From NCBI GenBank assembly GCA_964427405.1, contig CAYRUB010000001.1, forward strand, positions 157,884 through 221,883: 64,000 nt of DNA, written 5' to 3'. This document shows positions 1 through 8,158 of this stretch, one piece after another. Source of the stretch: an uncultured Planctomycetales bacterium. Its GTDB lineage: Bacteria > Omnitrophota > Gorgyraeia > Gygaellales > Profunditerraquicolaceae. The notes beneath the pieces were generated by a model. The model worked only from the letters and a program-made list of their open reading frames with translations. It ran no database searches and was not told the DNA's origin. The first letter of the stretch is position 1, and each line of letters starts with the position of its first letter. Position numbers and translations under genes: made by a program.

Positions 1-926
1 ATAACATAAGCCAACTGAACAAGAAATTTTTCAGCAAGACCTGCGGCAACCATATTCTTAGCAATATAACGGCACATATAAGCCGCGGAACGATCGACTT
101 TTGTCGGGTCCTTCCCTGAAAATGCCCCGCCGCCATGAGCAACGGTTCCGCCGTAGGTATCCACGATTATTTTCCTGCCGGTCATCCCGGTATCGGATTG
201 TGGCCCGCCAATTAAAAACTTACCCGTTTGATTAACATAATATTTTGTATTTTTATCTACTAATCCTTTTAAAATCGGCATAGCGATAACATCAATAAGT
301 TCCTTACGCGCCTTTGGAGTTATAGTTTTTCCCGTTTTATCCAAGATAGTATCTGTATGCTGGCAAGCAAGCACAACCGCGTCTATCCGCTTAGGCTTAC
401 CATCGTGGTATTCTACTGTAATCTGCGACTTGCAATCCGGACCCAGATATTTTAAAATACCGGCTCTGCGCACATCGGCCATGCGTTTTACCAATTTATG
501 CGCAAGCGTTATCGGTAGCGGCATATACTCTTTAGTCTCATTACAGGCATAACCAAACATAATCCCCTGATCTCCTGCCCCTCCGGTATTCACTCCTTGC
601 GCGATATCAGGAGACTGACTATTAATGGTATTAATAATGGCACAGGTTTCATAATCAAAACCGTACTTAGGATGAGTATATCCTATATTCTTGATAATCT
701 CACGGGCAAGCTTTTGGATATTAATATAGGCAGAAGTCGTAATCTCTCCTCCGATGACTAAAAGCCCCATTGTAACGTAAGTCTCACAGGCAACCCTGCT
801 CTTTTCGTTATTAGGATCAAGCTTTAAAACTTCATCTAACACCCCGTCTGATATTTGATCGCATAATTTATCCGGATGTCCTTCCCCAACTGACTCCGAA
901 CTAAAAAAATACTTACGTCTGTCCAT
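1..926 (-). CDS. metK: S-adenosylmethionine synthetase (3' end outside window)
   Basis: Manual translation [20 protein letters not shown]...GAGDQG...[16 protein letters not shown]; SD AGGAGG; missing from ORF track. Confidence 0.97.
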   Translation of the reverse strand, partial: MDRRKYFFSSESVGEGHPDKLCDQISDGVLDEVLKLDPNNEKSRVACETYVTMGLLVIGGEITTSAYINIQKLAREIIKNIGYTHPKYGFDYETCAIINTINSQSPDIAQGVNTGGAGDQGIMFGYACNETKEYMPLPITLAHKLVKRMADVRRAGILKYLGPDCKSQITVEYHDGKPKRIDAVVLACQHTDTILDKTGKTITPKARKELIDVIAMPILKGLVDKNTKYYVNQTGKFLIGGPQSDTGMTGRKIIVDTYGGTVAHGGGAFSGKDPTKVDRSAAYMCRYIAKNMVAAGLAEKFLVQLAYV

Positions 927-934
927 TAAACCTC

Positions 935-1102
935 CTAAATTGAGATTGCATCATTCGGGCATTGATTCACGCAAGCACCGCATTCCACACAATCATCGTT
1001 GATGACCGCTTTTTCTTTTTCTATTTTTATAGCATTTACAGGGCACATGTCTTTGCACGTGCCACAACCATTGCACTTCTTTTTATCTACTTTCGCCGCC
1101 AT
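935..1102 (-). CDS. 2[4Fe-4S] ferredoxin
   Basis: Two CxxCxxCxxxCP motifs; start moved to ATG at 1102 after SD AAGGAG. Confidence 0.93.
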   Translation of the reverse strand: MAAKVDKKKCNGCGTCKDMCPVNAIKIEKEKAVINDDCVECGACVNQCPNDAISI

Positions 1103-1165
1103 AGCCGCTCCTTGCCTACATAGACAATACCCCCGCAATTCCAATTAGCGCGGCGTGTCTCGTTA

Positions 1166-1543
1166 TTACTTTTTCTTATTCGGCATTCCAGAATGCGAAC
1201 CTACGCTTGGACCGGAAACTGCCTTAAATTCTCCTTTTCTGTATTTCTCAATTGCCTCCTTTACCGTACCTGATGCACCGGTGAAAATTTCTATCCCTGC
1301 CACCTGTAATGTCTGAAAGGCATTAGGACCAACATTGCCCGTAACTACCGCCTTAACTTGTTTAGAGCTGACTAACTGCGCCGATTGAATTCCCGCGCCT
1401 CCCATAGATTCGATATTCGGATTTACAATAGCTTCAAATTCTAAAGTATCGGTATCAGCAATAATAAAATATTGACACCTGCCGAATCGCGGATCTACCT
1501 TAGAATCTAAACTACCGCCTTCTGAAGTAATACATATTTTCAT
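1166..1543 (-). CDS. NifB/NifX-family (FeMo-cofactor-binding-like) protein
   Basis: DPRFGRC, GAGIQ, GNVGPNAF motifs. Confidence 0.9.
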   Translation of the reverse strand: MKICITSEGGSLDSKVDPRFGRCQYFIIADTDTLEFEAIVNPNIESMGGAGIQSAQLVSSKQVKAVVTGNVGPNAFQTLQVAGIEIFTGASGTVKEAIEKYRKGEFKAVSGPSVGSHSGMPNKKK

Positions 1544-1956
1544 ATATTCTCACCTCCCGAATGATCACATTCCTCTTTATGAGGGTGATCACATTCTCCT
1601 TTTTCTAAACCATAGCCTTTACCTGCTCCAGGTTTACAAAGGCTCTCGCCGCCTTCTAAGGTGCCTTTTTTAAGCTGTTCTACCACATCATCAATCTTAC
1701 CGCTTACCCCTACAATCGTCTTGATGCTATATTCCTCAAAAAATGAGGTTGCCCGCATTCCCATACCTCCGGCAACAATACAATTTACGCCTTTTTTATG
1801 TAAAAATTCAGGGATTGCGCCCGGTTGATGCCCGGGATTTGCCACTTCCGTCCTCTTAATTACCTTGCCATTTTCGATATCAACGAGGATAAAAGAAGGG
1901 CATCGGCCAAAATGGGCTGATACAAACTCTCCATCACTAGATATAGCTACACGCAT
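1540..1956 (-). CDS. NifB/NifX-family protein
   Basis: SAHFGRCP, GGMGxRA motifs; His/Cys-rich tail. Confidence 0.88.
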   Translation of the reverse strand: MRVAISSDGEFVSAHFGRCPSFILVDIENGKVIKRTEVANPGHQPGAIPEFLHKKGVNCIVAGGMGMRATSFFEEYSIKTIVGVSGKIDDVVEQLKKGTLEGGESLCKPGAGKGYGLEKGECDHPHKEECDHSGGENI

Positions 1957-2026
1957 AATCGCTCCTTTTTAATAAGCTGAAATAAAGGAATAAAAATTAA
2001 ACTCTATTCCCTCACCCCATACTAAC

Positions 2027-2539
2027 TTACTCACTTTTCCCTACCTGTGTTTTTTCCAAAATTTCAATACGGCCTTGAATATCCTCAAGCTGCTTTTTTA
2101 TAACATCCGCCTGCTTTTTTAAGATATCCGCCTCTTGTTTTGGAGTCACTTCTGGCGCATAAAGATACTCCCCGCCAAACGCAGGCATCCCTATCGTAGC
2201 TCTTTGCCATCCAGGAAGTCCAGTAGCGTAAAACCAATTTCTCCTGCCTCTACCACCTCCGCGGCCAAAGAATCCTCTACCCATACCAACATAACCTCTG
2301 CCAAAAATCGGATTCATATAACCGGGAGCATTGTATCCAGCGCAAAAACCCGCTGATCTTCCAGTCGTCGGGCCTAAACCCATAGGTCCAGTTCCATCTC
2401 CTCTAGGCATATCAAACACCCCCTTTCCTGTATTATTAATTTCCATATTATTAGAATCTAATTTCACGATACAATAACCCATACCGCGTCCTGTCATTAA
2501 TCCTTGTCCTCTCGGACCCCTTCCATCAAACCCAGGCAT
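2027..2539 (-). CDS. DUF5320-like Gly/Arg-rich protein; second in-frame start at 2410
   Basis: MPxxDGxGP...TGR..G.C motif occurs twice, each with its own SD; C-terminal coiled coil. Confidence 0.75.
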   Translation of the reverse strand: MPGFDGRGPRGQGLMTGRGMGYCIVKLDSNNMEINNTGKGVFDMPRGDGTGPMGLGPTTGRSAGFCAGYNAPGYMNPIFGRGYVGMGRGFFGRGGGRGRRNWFYATGLPGWQRATIGMPAFGGEYLYAPEVTPKQEADILKKQADVIKKQLEDIQGRIEILEKTQVGKSE

Positions 2540-2560
2540 AGCCGTTACCTCCTTTATTCT

Positions 2561-2581
2561 TAATGAAAATCATTTCCATTA
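2561..2581. promoter_or_regulatory. Fur-box-like operator
   Basis: TAATGAAAATCATTTCCATTA imperfect palindrome; near-identical copy at 3086-3106. Confidence 0.6.
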
Positions 2582-2602
2582 TTAGAGAAAAAAATATAGC
2601 GG

Positions 2603-3076
2603 TTATTTCTTTCCCCTACATTTGTCACATAAACCGTAGAATTGAATAAGATGATTGGTGATTTTAAAGTTATATTTCTGCCCCAATCCCTTTTCTGTCT
2701 GATTAAGCAGCTCAACTTCCTCATCAATAAAATCAGTATAGTCAATCACCTTATTACATTGCGTACATACCAAGTGATGGTGATGATGCGTTCCTTTAGG
2801 GCCTTCGGCAAATTCATATCGTGCCCGGCCATCTCCAAAATCAAGCTTATAGACCATGCCGAGGTTTGATAATACATCCAACGTCCGGTAAACAGTAGTC
2901 AGTCCTACGCTGGGATACTTTGGATGGAGCTTCATATATATATCTTCGGCGCTCAAGTGGCCTTCGGTTTTAGACATAATATCGAGGATGGCATCCCTGC
3001 CAACAGTAAGCCTATACCCACAGCCTCTGAATTTTCCGTGCCACCACCCCTGTCCTCTACATTCGCCTCTTGGCAT
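2603..3076 (-). CDS. Fur-family transcriptional regulator
   Basis: HLSAEDIY, TTVYRTL, HHHHLVCxxC and C-terminal CxxC. Confidence 0.93.
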   Translation of the reverse strand: MPRGECRGQGWWHGKFRGCGYRLTVGRDAILDIMSKTEGHLSAEDIYMKLHPKYPSVGLTTVYRTLDVLSNLGMVYKLDFGDGRARYEFAEGPKGTHHHHHLVCTQCNKVIDYTDFIDEEVELLNQTEKGLGQKYNFKITNHLIQFYGLCDKCRGKK

Positions 3077-3085
3077 ATATCTCCT

Positions 3086-3139
3086 TAATGAAAATGATTT
3101 CCAGTTTCAAATATACACTATACTGCTATTCTTGTCAAG
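3086..3139 (-). promoter_or_regulatory. sigma70 promoter of fur with Fur-box-like operator
   Basis: Minus strand TTGACA-17-TATATT; TAATGAAAATGATTTCCAGTT at 3086-3106 next to the SD. Confidence 0.6.
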
Positions 3140-3150
3140 CTTTTTCTTAT

Positions 3151-3492
3151 CTAATGTTCGCTTGGCAGTATTAAGACGCCATTTTCGAACCATAGATCAA
3201 TCTTATTTATCGGAAAATCCGTCCACTCAATCTTCTCCCGATAGAGCTCATGGTAATTGCCGTCCTCGCACACCAGGACTGCCGATCTATCCTCATTGAC
3301 CTCAAGCTTCCAGGTGCCGAATTCCTGTAAGTTCTTTTTCGCTCTTGTCGTGAGTAGTATCTTATCAATTAGCCAATATGCGCCGCCCACTTGCGCGACG
3401 TATTGAACCCCATCGGTGTAAAGATATCCGCTTAGATGTTTGTACCAATGCTCTGTGCCGCTAAATTGCCTTAATTCATTTACCGTTAACAT
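3151..3492 (-). CDS. DUF6876-like protein
   Basis: LRQFSGTEHWY...YTDGV...AYWL...CEDGN...TDFP...LILPSEH. Confidence 0.7.
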   Translation of the reverse strand: MLTVNELRQFSGTEHWYKHLSGYLYTDGVQYVAQVGGAYWLIDKILLTTRAKKNLQEFGTWKLEVNEDRSAVLVCEDGNYHELYREKIEWTDFPINKIDLWFENGVLILPSEH

Positions 3493-3704
3493 TTTAAACC
3501 CTCCTTGGTAATACAGGAAAAATAGCAGTTCCTGCAATCGTTATTATTTTCACTTGAGCATTTCTCACAAATAGGATCTTTGTCCATAGAAGCTATAGAT
3601 CGTAGCAACAGCTTCTCAACCACCACAGTCATTGGCCTTCCCTGTGCCTGCTTTAACCTATAAAGTGTCTTAATCATTGTTTCGCTTAATATTGGGCTAT
3701 ACAT
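3486..3704 (-). CDS. hypothetical protein (possible ribbon-helix-helix plus CxxC...CxxC)
   Basis: SD GGAGG; overlaps neighbouring genes. Confidence 0.55.
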   Translation of the reverse strand: MYSPILSETMIKTLYRLKQAQGRPMTVVVEKLLLRSIASMDKDPICEKCSSENNNDCRNCYFSCITKEGLKC

Positions 3705-3826
3705 TCTTGCCTCGCCTCCTCTGGTTTGCCTGCAACCTCAACCCATAACACGCCATCAATTACCACCCAATCCTGGATTTCGCTCCAGCTTGTTTCCTTC
3801 GTTAATTTGTCCTTTTGTATCCACAT
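3686..3826 (-). CDS. 46-aa hypothetical protein (MWIQKDKLTKETSWSEIQDWVVIDGVLWVEV...)
   Basis: Manual ORF with SD GGAGG; fills the operon gap. Confidence 0.5.
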   Translation of the reverse strand: MWIQKDKLTKETSWSEIQDWVVIDGVLWVEVAGKPEEARQECIAQY

Positions 3827-3839
3827 TTTTCTATTCCTC

Positions 3840-4043
3840 CTATTCTTCGTTAGGAAACATCATCGTAATGACGCCTCCATCGTTTACTACCCAAACCTCT
3901 ACTCCGGCAAACCAGAAAACCTGTAAACTAAGCAGGCTTGGATCATGTTCTTTTCTTGCGTCAACCTGCTGCCAGATTCGTTCAATCTGACCCATGGTTA
4001 ACCTTTCCGATACTTGATCTGTAATCTTTTTGATTTCCTGCAT
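3840..4043 (-). CDS. small hypothetical protein, DUF960-like
   Basis: LQVF...VWVVNDGGVITMMFPNEE resembles the DUF960 C-terminus; TAATG coupling to the upstream gene. Confidence 0.5.
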   Translation of the reverse strand: MQEIKKITDQVSERLTMGQIERIWQQVDARKEHDPSLLSLQVFWFAGVEVWVVNDGGVITMMFPNEE

Positions 4044-4336
4044 TAGAAATCACCTCCCTCATCAAGCAAATCCTGATGCTTCTCAACAAAAGATTCTAAA
4101 GTTTCAGAACCATTTGGTTTAAAGCCTTTAGCCATAAGTTTATAAACGTTCTTCATTAGATTTCTTTCTTCCCAGAGAGCGGATAAGCCGAATGCCTGCT
4201 CCGGAAGATCCTCTTGATACGTTCTGTATTGAGAATCTCGGCTGCTTTGATACCTTTCCATACAGGCATCCGCGCGTAAGACCCCATCCTCAAATTTTTC
4301 GTTTTTCTTTAGTATTTCTTTTTTTACTTGGCTCAT
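4043..4336 (-). CDS. hypothetical protein (MSQVKKEIL..., 97 aa)
   Basis: SD AAGGAGG before ATG at 4336; the longer ORF-track start runs through structured non-coding DNA. Confidence 0.6.
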   Translation of the reverse strand: MSQVKKEILKKNEKFEDGVLRADACMERYQSSRDSQYRTYQEDLPEQAFGLSALWEERNLMKNVYKLMAKGFKPNGSETLESFVEKHQDLLDEGGDF

Positions 4337-4743
4337 GTGAGCCTCCTTTCTTTTGACGCCTAAAAATCCAAGCCCAATGATTTGAAGTGATTTCTGAGGC
4401 AAACCACAGAAATCACGGTCTTTTGTCAAGAAAACAGGTAAGCCCGAAAGGAGCGAGCGATAAGCGAGAGAGTTTCCTGGAGTCCTTGAGAAAAATTGAG
4501 ACTCCCCGAAGGGGCAGAATGCTTCTGATACCTTGCATCTTGAGGCAGACCACAAGTGCAAGGTAGAGATGAATTATTCTCAAGGATTTTCTTGCACAAA
4601 AGTCAATCTTGGGCTATTTTTACGGCGGAGAAGAAGAAAGAGGCGTAACTTGAAGACAAAGAAAAACAGAAAAGAAAATTTGAGGATGGAGAGAAAAGCG
4701 CGGAACCGTGGAAAGGCTGGAATTCTTAGCTATCCGCTCTCTG
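4173..4743 (+). promoter_or_regulatory. Fold-back element copy A, candidate ssDNA (Frpo-like) promoter
   Basis: Nested long-range inverted repeats; core homologous to the element at 8094-8532 with compensatory changes. Confidence 0.65.
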
Positions 4744-4754
4744 AAACGCTGCCT

Positions 4755-4949
4755 TTATTTGGGCTGATTTAAAATTTTCTTATTTTCAAACCCCTTTGCC
4801 CGGTATTCGATTATGTGGTAATGAATTGAGCCTTCTGCATCAACGTATCCAAGCGTTATATCAGCCATTTTGATATCGCTGTCCAAAGTCAAGTCATCGA
4901 AGTTTTTAATCTGCCTGTGTAATTCCCTGAACCAGTTATCGACTTTCAT
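4755..4949 (-). CDS. hypothetical protein
   Basis: 64-aa ORF with purine-rich SD. Confidence 0.45.
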   Translation of the reverse strand: MKVDNWFRELHRQIKNFDDLTLDSDIKMADITLGYVDAEGSIHYHIIEYRAKGFENKKILNQPK

Positions 4950-4989
4950 ATTTCCCGTCCTTTCTTTTAATTAACTTCTTAAAATTATC

Positions 4990-5136
4990 TATTACCCCCA
5001 AGCACTTAAAGCTCACGGCGGGCGGTGGCCTACGAGGCGCCTTTTTCAACAACCCTCTCGAAGGCTACCGCACGCCAGTCCCAATCAAAATCCACCAAAC
5101 CACCCAACCAACAAAACCCTTTAATCAGGGCGGGGC
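4990..5136 (-). repeat. 147-bp repeat copy 1 (identical inverted copy at 39534-39680); candidate oriT
   Basis: Base-by-base identity to the reverse complement of 39534-39680. Confidence 0.9.
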
Positions 5137-5155
5137 GAATTTAGCTAAACTATAC

Positions 5156-5962
5156 TTAGCTTCCGGCTGGTATTTGCAGGCGTCCTTTCTCTTCCGGGTA
5201 ATTCTTGACGTATTTTGCTATTTTTTCGCAGGAAGAACATATATCAGCTCCATTGCAGACTTCGCAAAAAGGAAGCACTCCCTGGATATTTAAGCCAGCA
5301 GTTTGCTTGCAGGTCTTACATTTGAAAGTTTCACACGCCTGACAAGCCAAATACGGCATACCCATGTGAGGACAATTTTCACAATCAGCTGTTTGGCAAA
5401 ATTCACAGGGATTTTCCTCATCTTCAAATTGTGAAGATGCCTCCGGCAATAGCTCTCTTGTTCTTTCGCTTATCTTTGAAAGATCAATCCCGGGCAGTTC
5501 AATTAATTGAAGCTGAATTTTTATATAGCCAAAACCATTACAGGGGAGTTTTATCCTTTTCGTGGCAATGCTGCCTTTTGCATTAGCGATGACGATGCTA
5601 TAAGTATAGAGATTTCTGGCATGGGCGTCGTCTTGCGATGAATGGAACGCCCCCATATCATGGTGCGAATGGATTATCCCGTCTCCTCCTAATTCCTCTT
5701 TGAATTCGCAGTCAACTGAACCTACTTCCTGCTTTGGGATCTTGAAGCTGGTTATGGTGTTATCTTTCACCCAGAATACCGCGCCCCACTCCTTATCCCC
5801 CATGCGCTGGCTGATATAAGTCCATTGACTCCAGATACTCCAGGGTATATTTAGGGTTTCTTTATGGTCATGGTCGCTGCAAAAGCCGCATTCACCGTAA
5901 TTCTTTATCTTTACATCTAAAATATTGCTTCTCTTTTCTGTAGCTTGCTCTAAAGTAAACAT
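5156..5962 (-). CDS. JAB/MPN (JAMM) metalloprotease with Cys-rich C-terminal tail
   Basis: E...HSHHDMGAFHSSQDD JAMM motif; six CxxC in the tail. Confidence 0.85.
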   Translation of the reverse strand: MFTLEQATEKRSNILDVKIKNYGECGFCSDHDHKETLNIPWSIWSQWTYISQRMGDKEWGAVFWVKDNTITSFKIPKQEVGSVDCEFKEELGGDGIIHSHHDMGAFHSSQDDAHARNLYTYSIVIANAKGSIATKRIKLPCNGFGYIKIQLQLIELPGIDLSKISERTRELLPEASSQFEDEENPCEFCQTADCENCPHMGMPYLACQACETFKCKTCKQTAGLNIQGVLPFCEVCNGADICSSCEKIAKYVKNYPEEKGRLQIPAGS

Positions 5963-5963
5963 T

Positions 5964-6890
5964 TTATTTCCCTCCTTTCGCTTTTAGCCATTTTTTAAGG
6001 GCTTCCAACAGTTTTGAATCGGTGATTTCTCCTGTTTCAATCTCACAAATTATCCAGTCATATTCATTATTCTTTGCTTTTTCTTTTATATCTTTTATCT
6101 CATCATCGCTGTAATGTTCATCACAATCAGGGCAGTATCCGTAATCAGAGCCGTCAGGATCAATCCTTGAGCAGTCTTCACAGTAACCATAACTGTCAGG
6201 TATGTGTTCTTCGATGTTATCCAGGATGTTTCCTTCGCCTTCGTTTCTTGCGTCATCTAGGATTTTGGGGCAGATATGAGTTGAGTGCTGGATATGAAGT
6301 TTTCCCAGATCATCCATAAGGCAAAGTTCCTTGTATGCCCTTGAGGATATTCCTGCCGCAGCTGCAAGCACTGCCGGTATTACCCAGGAAGGCGTTACTG
6401 TATAACCCTGTTCTTCTTCTGCATCCTTCAAGGAAAGCGGGAATGTCTTTGAGACATTCAAGATTGTACCGTCATAGCCTATTCTCTGGTAGTTAAGATC
6501 ATTCTTCTTGCAGAAAGCACATATTATCTGCTGGCTTTTTAAATTATCCGTGCAGCAGAATATGTCGCCTCGCAAAATCTGGCAGTCTATTGGCTTTTCA
6601 ATACGTGAATCCTGAATCTCAATCCTTATTCCTTTTCTCACCTGGCAGATGAGTTCTTTCAAGGCTTCCGCTTTCTTTTTGCCGACAGCTTTTTCTTCTA
6701 AGAGAAGCCTGTTCAAGTTGGATACTTCAACTATGTCAGAATCAATTAAAATCAACTCTTCTACTCCTGACATAGCAAGAAGAAGCGCAGTCCAGAAGCC
6801 TGTCCCGCCACAACCGACAATTGAGGCGATTTGCGGAATATTTAAACCTTCTACTAAGTTCTGTCTTTCGTAAATAGCAAGTTCTGGCAT
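5964..6890 (-). CDS. ThiF/MoeB (E1-like) adenylyltransferase
   Basis: VGCGGTG, LIDSDIVEVSNLNR, GKKKAEAL, CCTDN. Confidence 0.92.
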   Translation of the reverse strand: MPELAIYERQNLVEGLNIPQIASIVGCGGTGFWTALLLAMSGVEELILIDSDIVEVSNLNRLLLEEKAVGKKKAEALKELICQVRKGIRIEIQDSRIEKPIDCQILRGDIFCCTDNLKSQQIICAFCKKNDLNYQRIGYDGTILNVSKTFPLSLKDAEEEQGYTVTPSWVIPAVLAAAAGISSRAYKELCLMDDLGKLHIQHSTHICPKILDDARNEGEGNILDNIEEHIPDSYGYCEDCSRIDPDGSDYGYCPDCDEHYSDDEIKDIKEKAKNNEYDWIICEIETGEITDSKLLEALKKWLKAKGGK

Positions 6891-6902
6891 ATTTCTTCTC
6901 TC

Positions 6903-7499
6903 CTATATGATTGACTCAATTAAACCCTCATCGCTTAATTCTTTGAATTTGCACAACACATCTTTGTCTTTATTTGACAAAATGTTCCAAAGAGTTGAGT
7001 ATGTCTTAGGCAGGATCACAGTACCCAAAGATTCAAGGTTTATAACCCGGAACGACTTGATTATTTTTAGACAGGCTTCCTTTAAAAGCCCTAAGGATTC
7101 AGGATTAAGGTATTGGATTTCACCGGTGCAGATGGTGTGCCCCTTATCGGTCAATCCAAGATAGTGAAAACCTATCTCCGGTTCTGATACAAAAGCTATA
7201 AAGCAGCCTCTCTGGTCATAGATGCCGTAAATCTTAAAGGGATAGTATTTGATAGGCGTCTTTAGAAAATAGGTTTTATCCTTATAATAAAGCTTGTCTA
7301 TAAGCAGGAGGCCAGAATAGCCCTCTATAAGCATATCGTCTTCCTTTATCATGCAGCTATAGCCTCCGGTAAAGGGAACCGTAAAGATGCCTTCCTTCAG
7401 GCCTTGGACAAATTCCCGCCAAGAGGTATCAATTTTTTCGATAAGGGTTGATTTCTTTTTAGCTTTAACGATCAATTCTGTATCCATCATTGCTTTCAA
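6903..7499 (-). CDS. putative divergent E2-like protein
   Basis: FHYLGLTDKGHTICTG resembles the E2 H...G.ICxG catalytic region; lies between Ubl and E1. Confidence 0.5.
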   Translation of the reverse strand: MKAMMDTELIVKAKKKSTLIEKIDTSWREFVQGLKEGIFTVPFTGGYSCMIKEDDMLIEGYSGLLLIDKLYYKDKTYFLKTPIKYYPFKIYGIYDQRGCFIAFVSEPEIGFHYLGLTDKGHTICTGEIQYLNPESLGLLKEACLKIIKSFRVINLESLGTVILPKTYSTLWNILSNKDKDVLCKFKELSDEGLIESII

Positions 7500-7507
7500 G
7501 CTCCTTT

Positions 7508-7556
7508 AAGCTTTAAGAGAGGGAGAAAAAGTTTCTCTCCCTCTCTTTTTAGCTTT
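7508..7556. other. intergenic stem-loop after the Ubl gene
   Basis: AAGAGAGGGAGA...TCTCCCTCTCTT; the T-tract follows only on the plus strand. Confidence 0.65.
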
Positions 7557-7560
7557 TTTT

Positions 7561-7797
7561 CTAGCCGCCTGCTTTGACGTATCTTTCCACTTCGATATCG
7601 TGGCCGTCAAAGGTCGCAGGCAGGTTGTCGGTAGAGGTAACCTCTTCGCCGTCTACCAAGATGGTAAAGGAGTCAATGCCTTTTTCCTGCAAGAGGCGGG
7701 TTAAGGTGTCCTTTACGGCATCGCCCTTTTTTACCTCGAGCTCTTCTCCTGCTATTGTTATCTTTGTCTTTTCGTTTTTCAGTTCGTTTAAGTTCAT
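7561..7797 (-). CDS. ubiquitin-like (beta-grasp) protein ending in Gly-Gly
   Basis: 78 aa; ILVDGEEV...IEVERYVKAGG-stop; adjacent to E1 and JAB genes. Confidence 0.8.
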   Translation of the reverse strand: MNLNELKNEKTKITIAGEELEVKKGDAVKDTLTRLLQEKGIDSFTILVDGEEVTSTDNLPATFDGHDIEVERYVKAGG

Positions 7798-7855
7798 TTT
7801 GTTCTGTCTTTCTCCCCGTATAGCCGATAGGACAGCTTTTAATTTTTAAATTCTT

Positions 7856-8158
7856 TTAAGCCTGGTAGGCTGCAAGAACCACTTCTTGCAATTCATTTTT
7901 TGCCTCAGGCGTTAAGAATTGGACGGTATCGTAATACTTACCGTCGCCAGCTAAATGGGATGGCATAGCTGCGAACAGCCCGCCCTCTTTTTTAGCCATG
8001 ACCCTGATGCCTTTGATTAAAACCGCGTCAGCGACTTTAATGTCAACAAAGGCCTTCAGGGAGCTTTCGTCTTTTTCGACTTTATAAACTCTGGCCACTT
8101 CAATCATGGTTTTCACCTCCTTTCGATTTGTTTTTTGTTTTGTTTTTACTTGGCTCAT
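7856..8158 (-). CDS. SpoVG-family nucleic-acid-binding protein (alternative start 8107)
   Basis: LKAFVDI...IKGIRV...GLFAAMPS...GKYYD; both starts have AGGAGG. Confidence 0.85.
   Translation of the reverse strand: MSQVKTKQKTNRKEVKTMIEVARVYKVEKDESSLKAFVDIKVADAVLIKGIRVMAKKEGGLFAAMPSHLAGDGKYYDTVQFLTPEAKNELQEVVLAAYQA

Noticed and set aside
1166-1956. Nitrogen fixation inferred from NifB/NifX-like genes
   Set aside because: No nifHDK in the window; this family is common in non-diazotrophic anaerobes.
4337-4772. N-terminal extension of ORF 4043-4561 and plus-strand ORF 4533-4772 (also 8203-8454)
   Set aside because: They lie in the fold-back elements; the strong SD supports ATG 4336.
4990-5136. 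MITE or CRISPR reading of the 147-bp repeat
   Set aside because: No terminal inverted repeats, target duplication or repeat-spacer periodicity.
5156-7797. ThiS/ThiF thiamine or MoaD/MoeB pathway reading of the Ubl-E1 genes
   Set aside because: No thiG, moaE or sulfurtransferase nearby; E2-like and JAB genes are present; the host has thi4.
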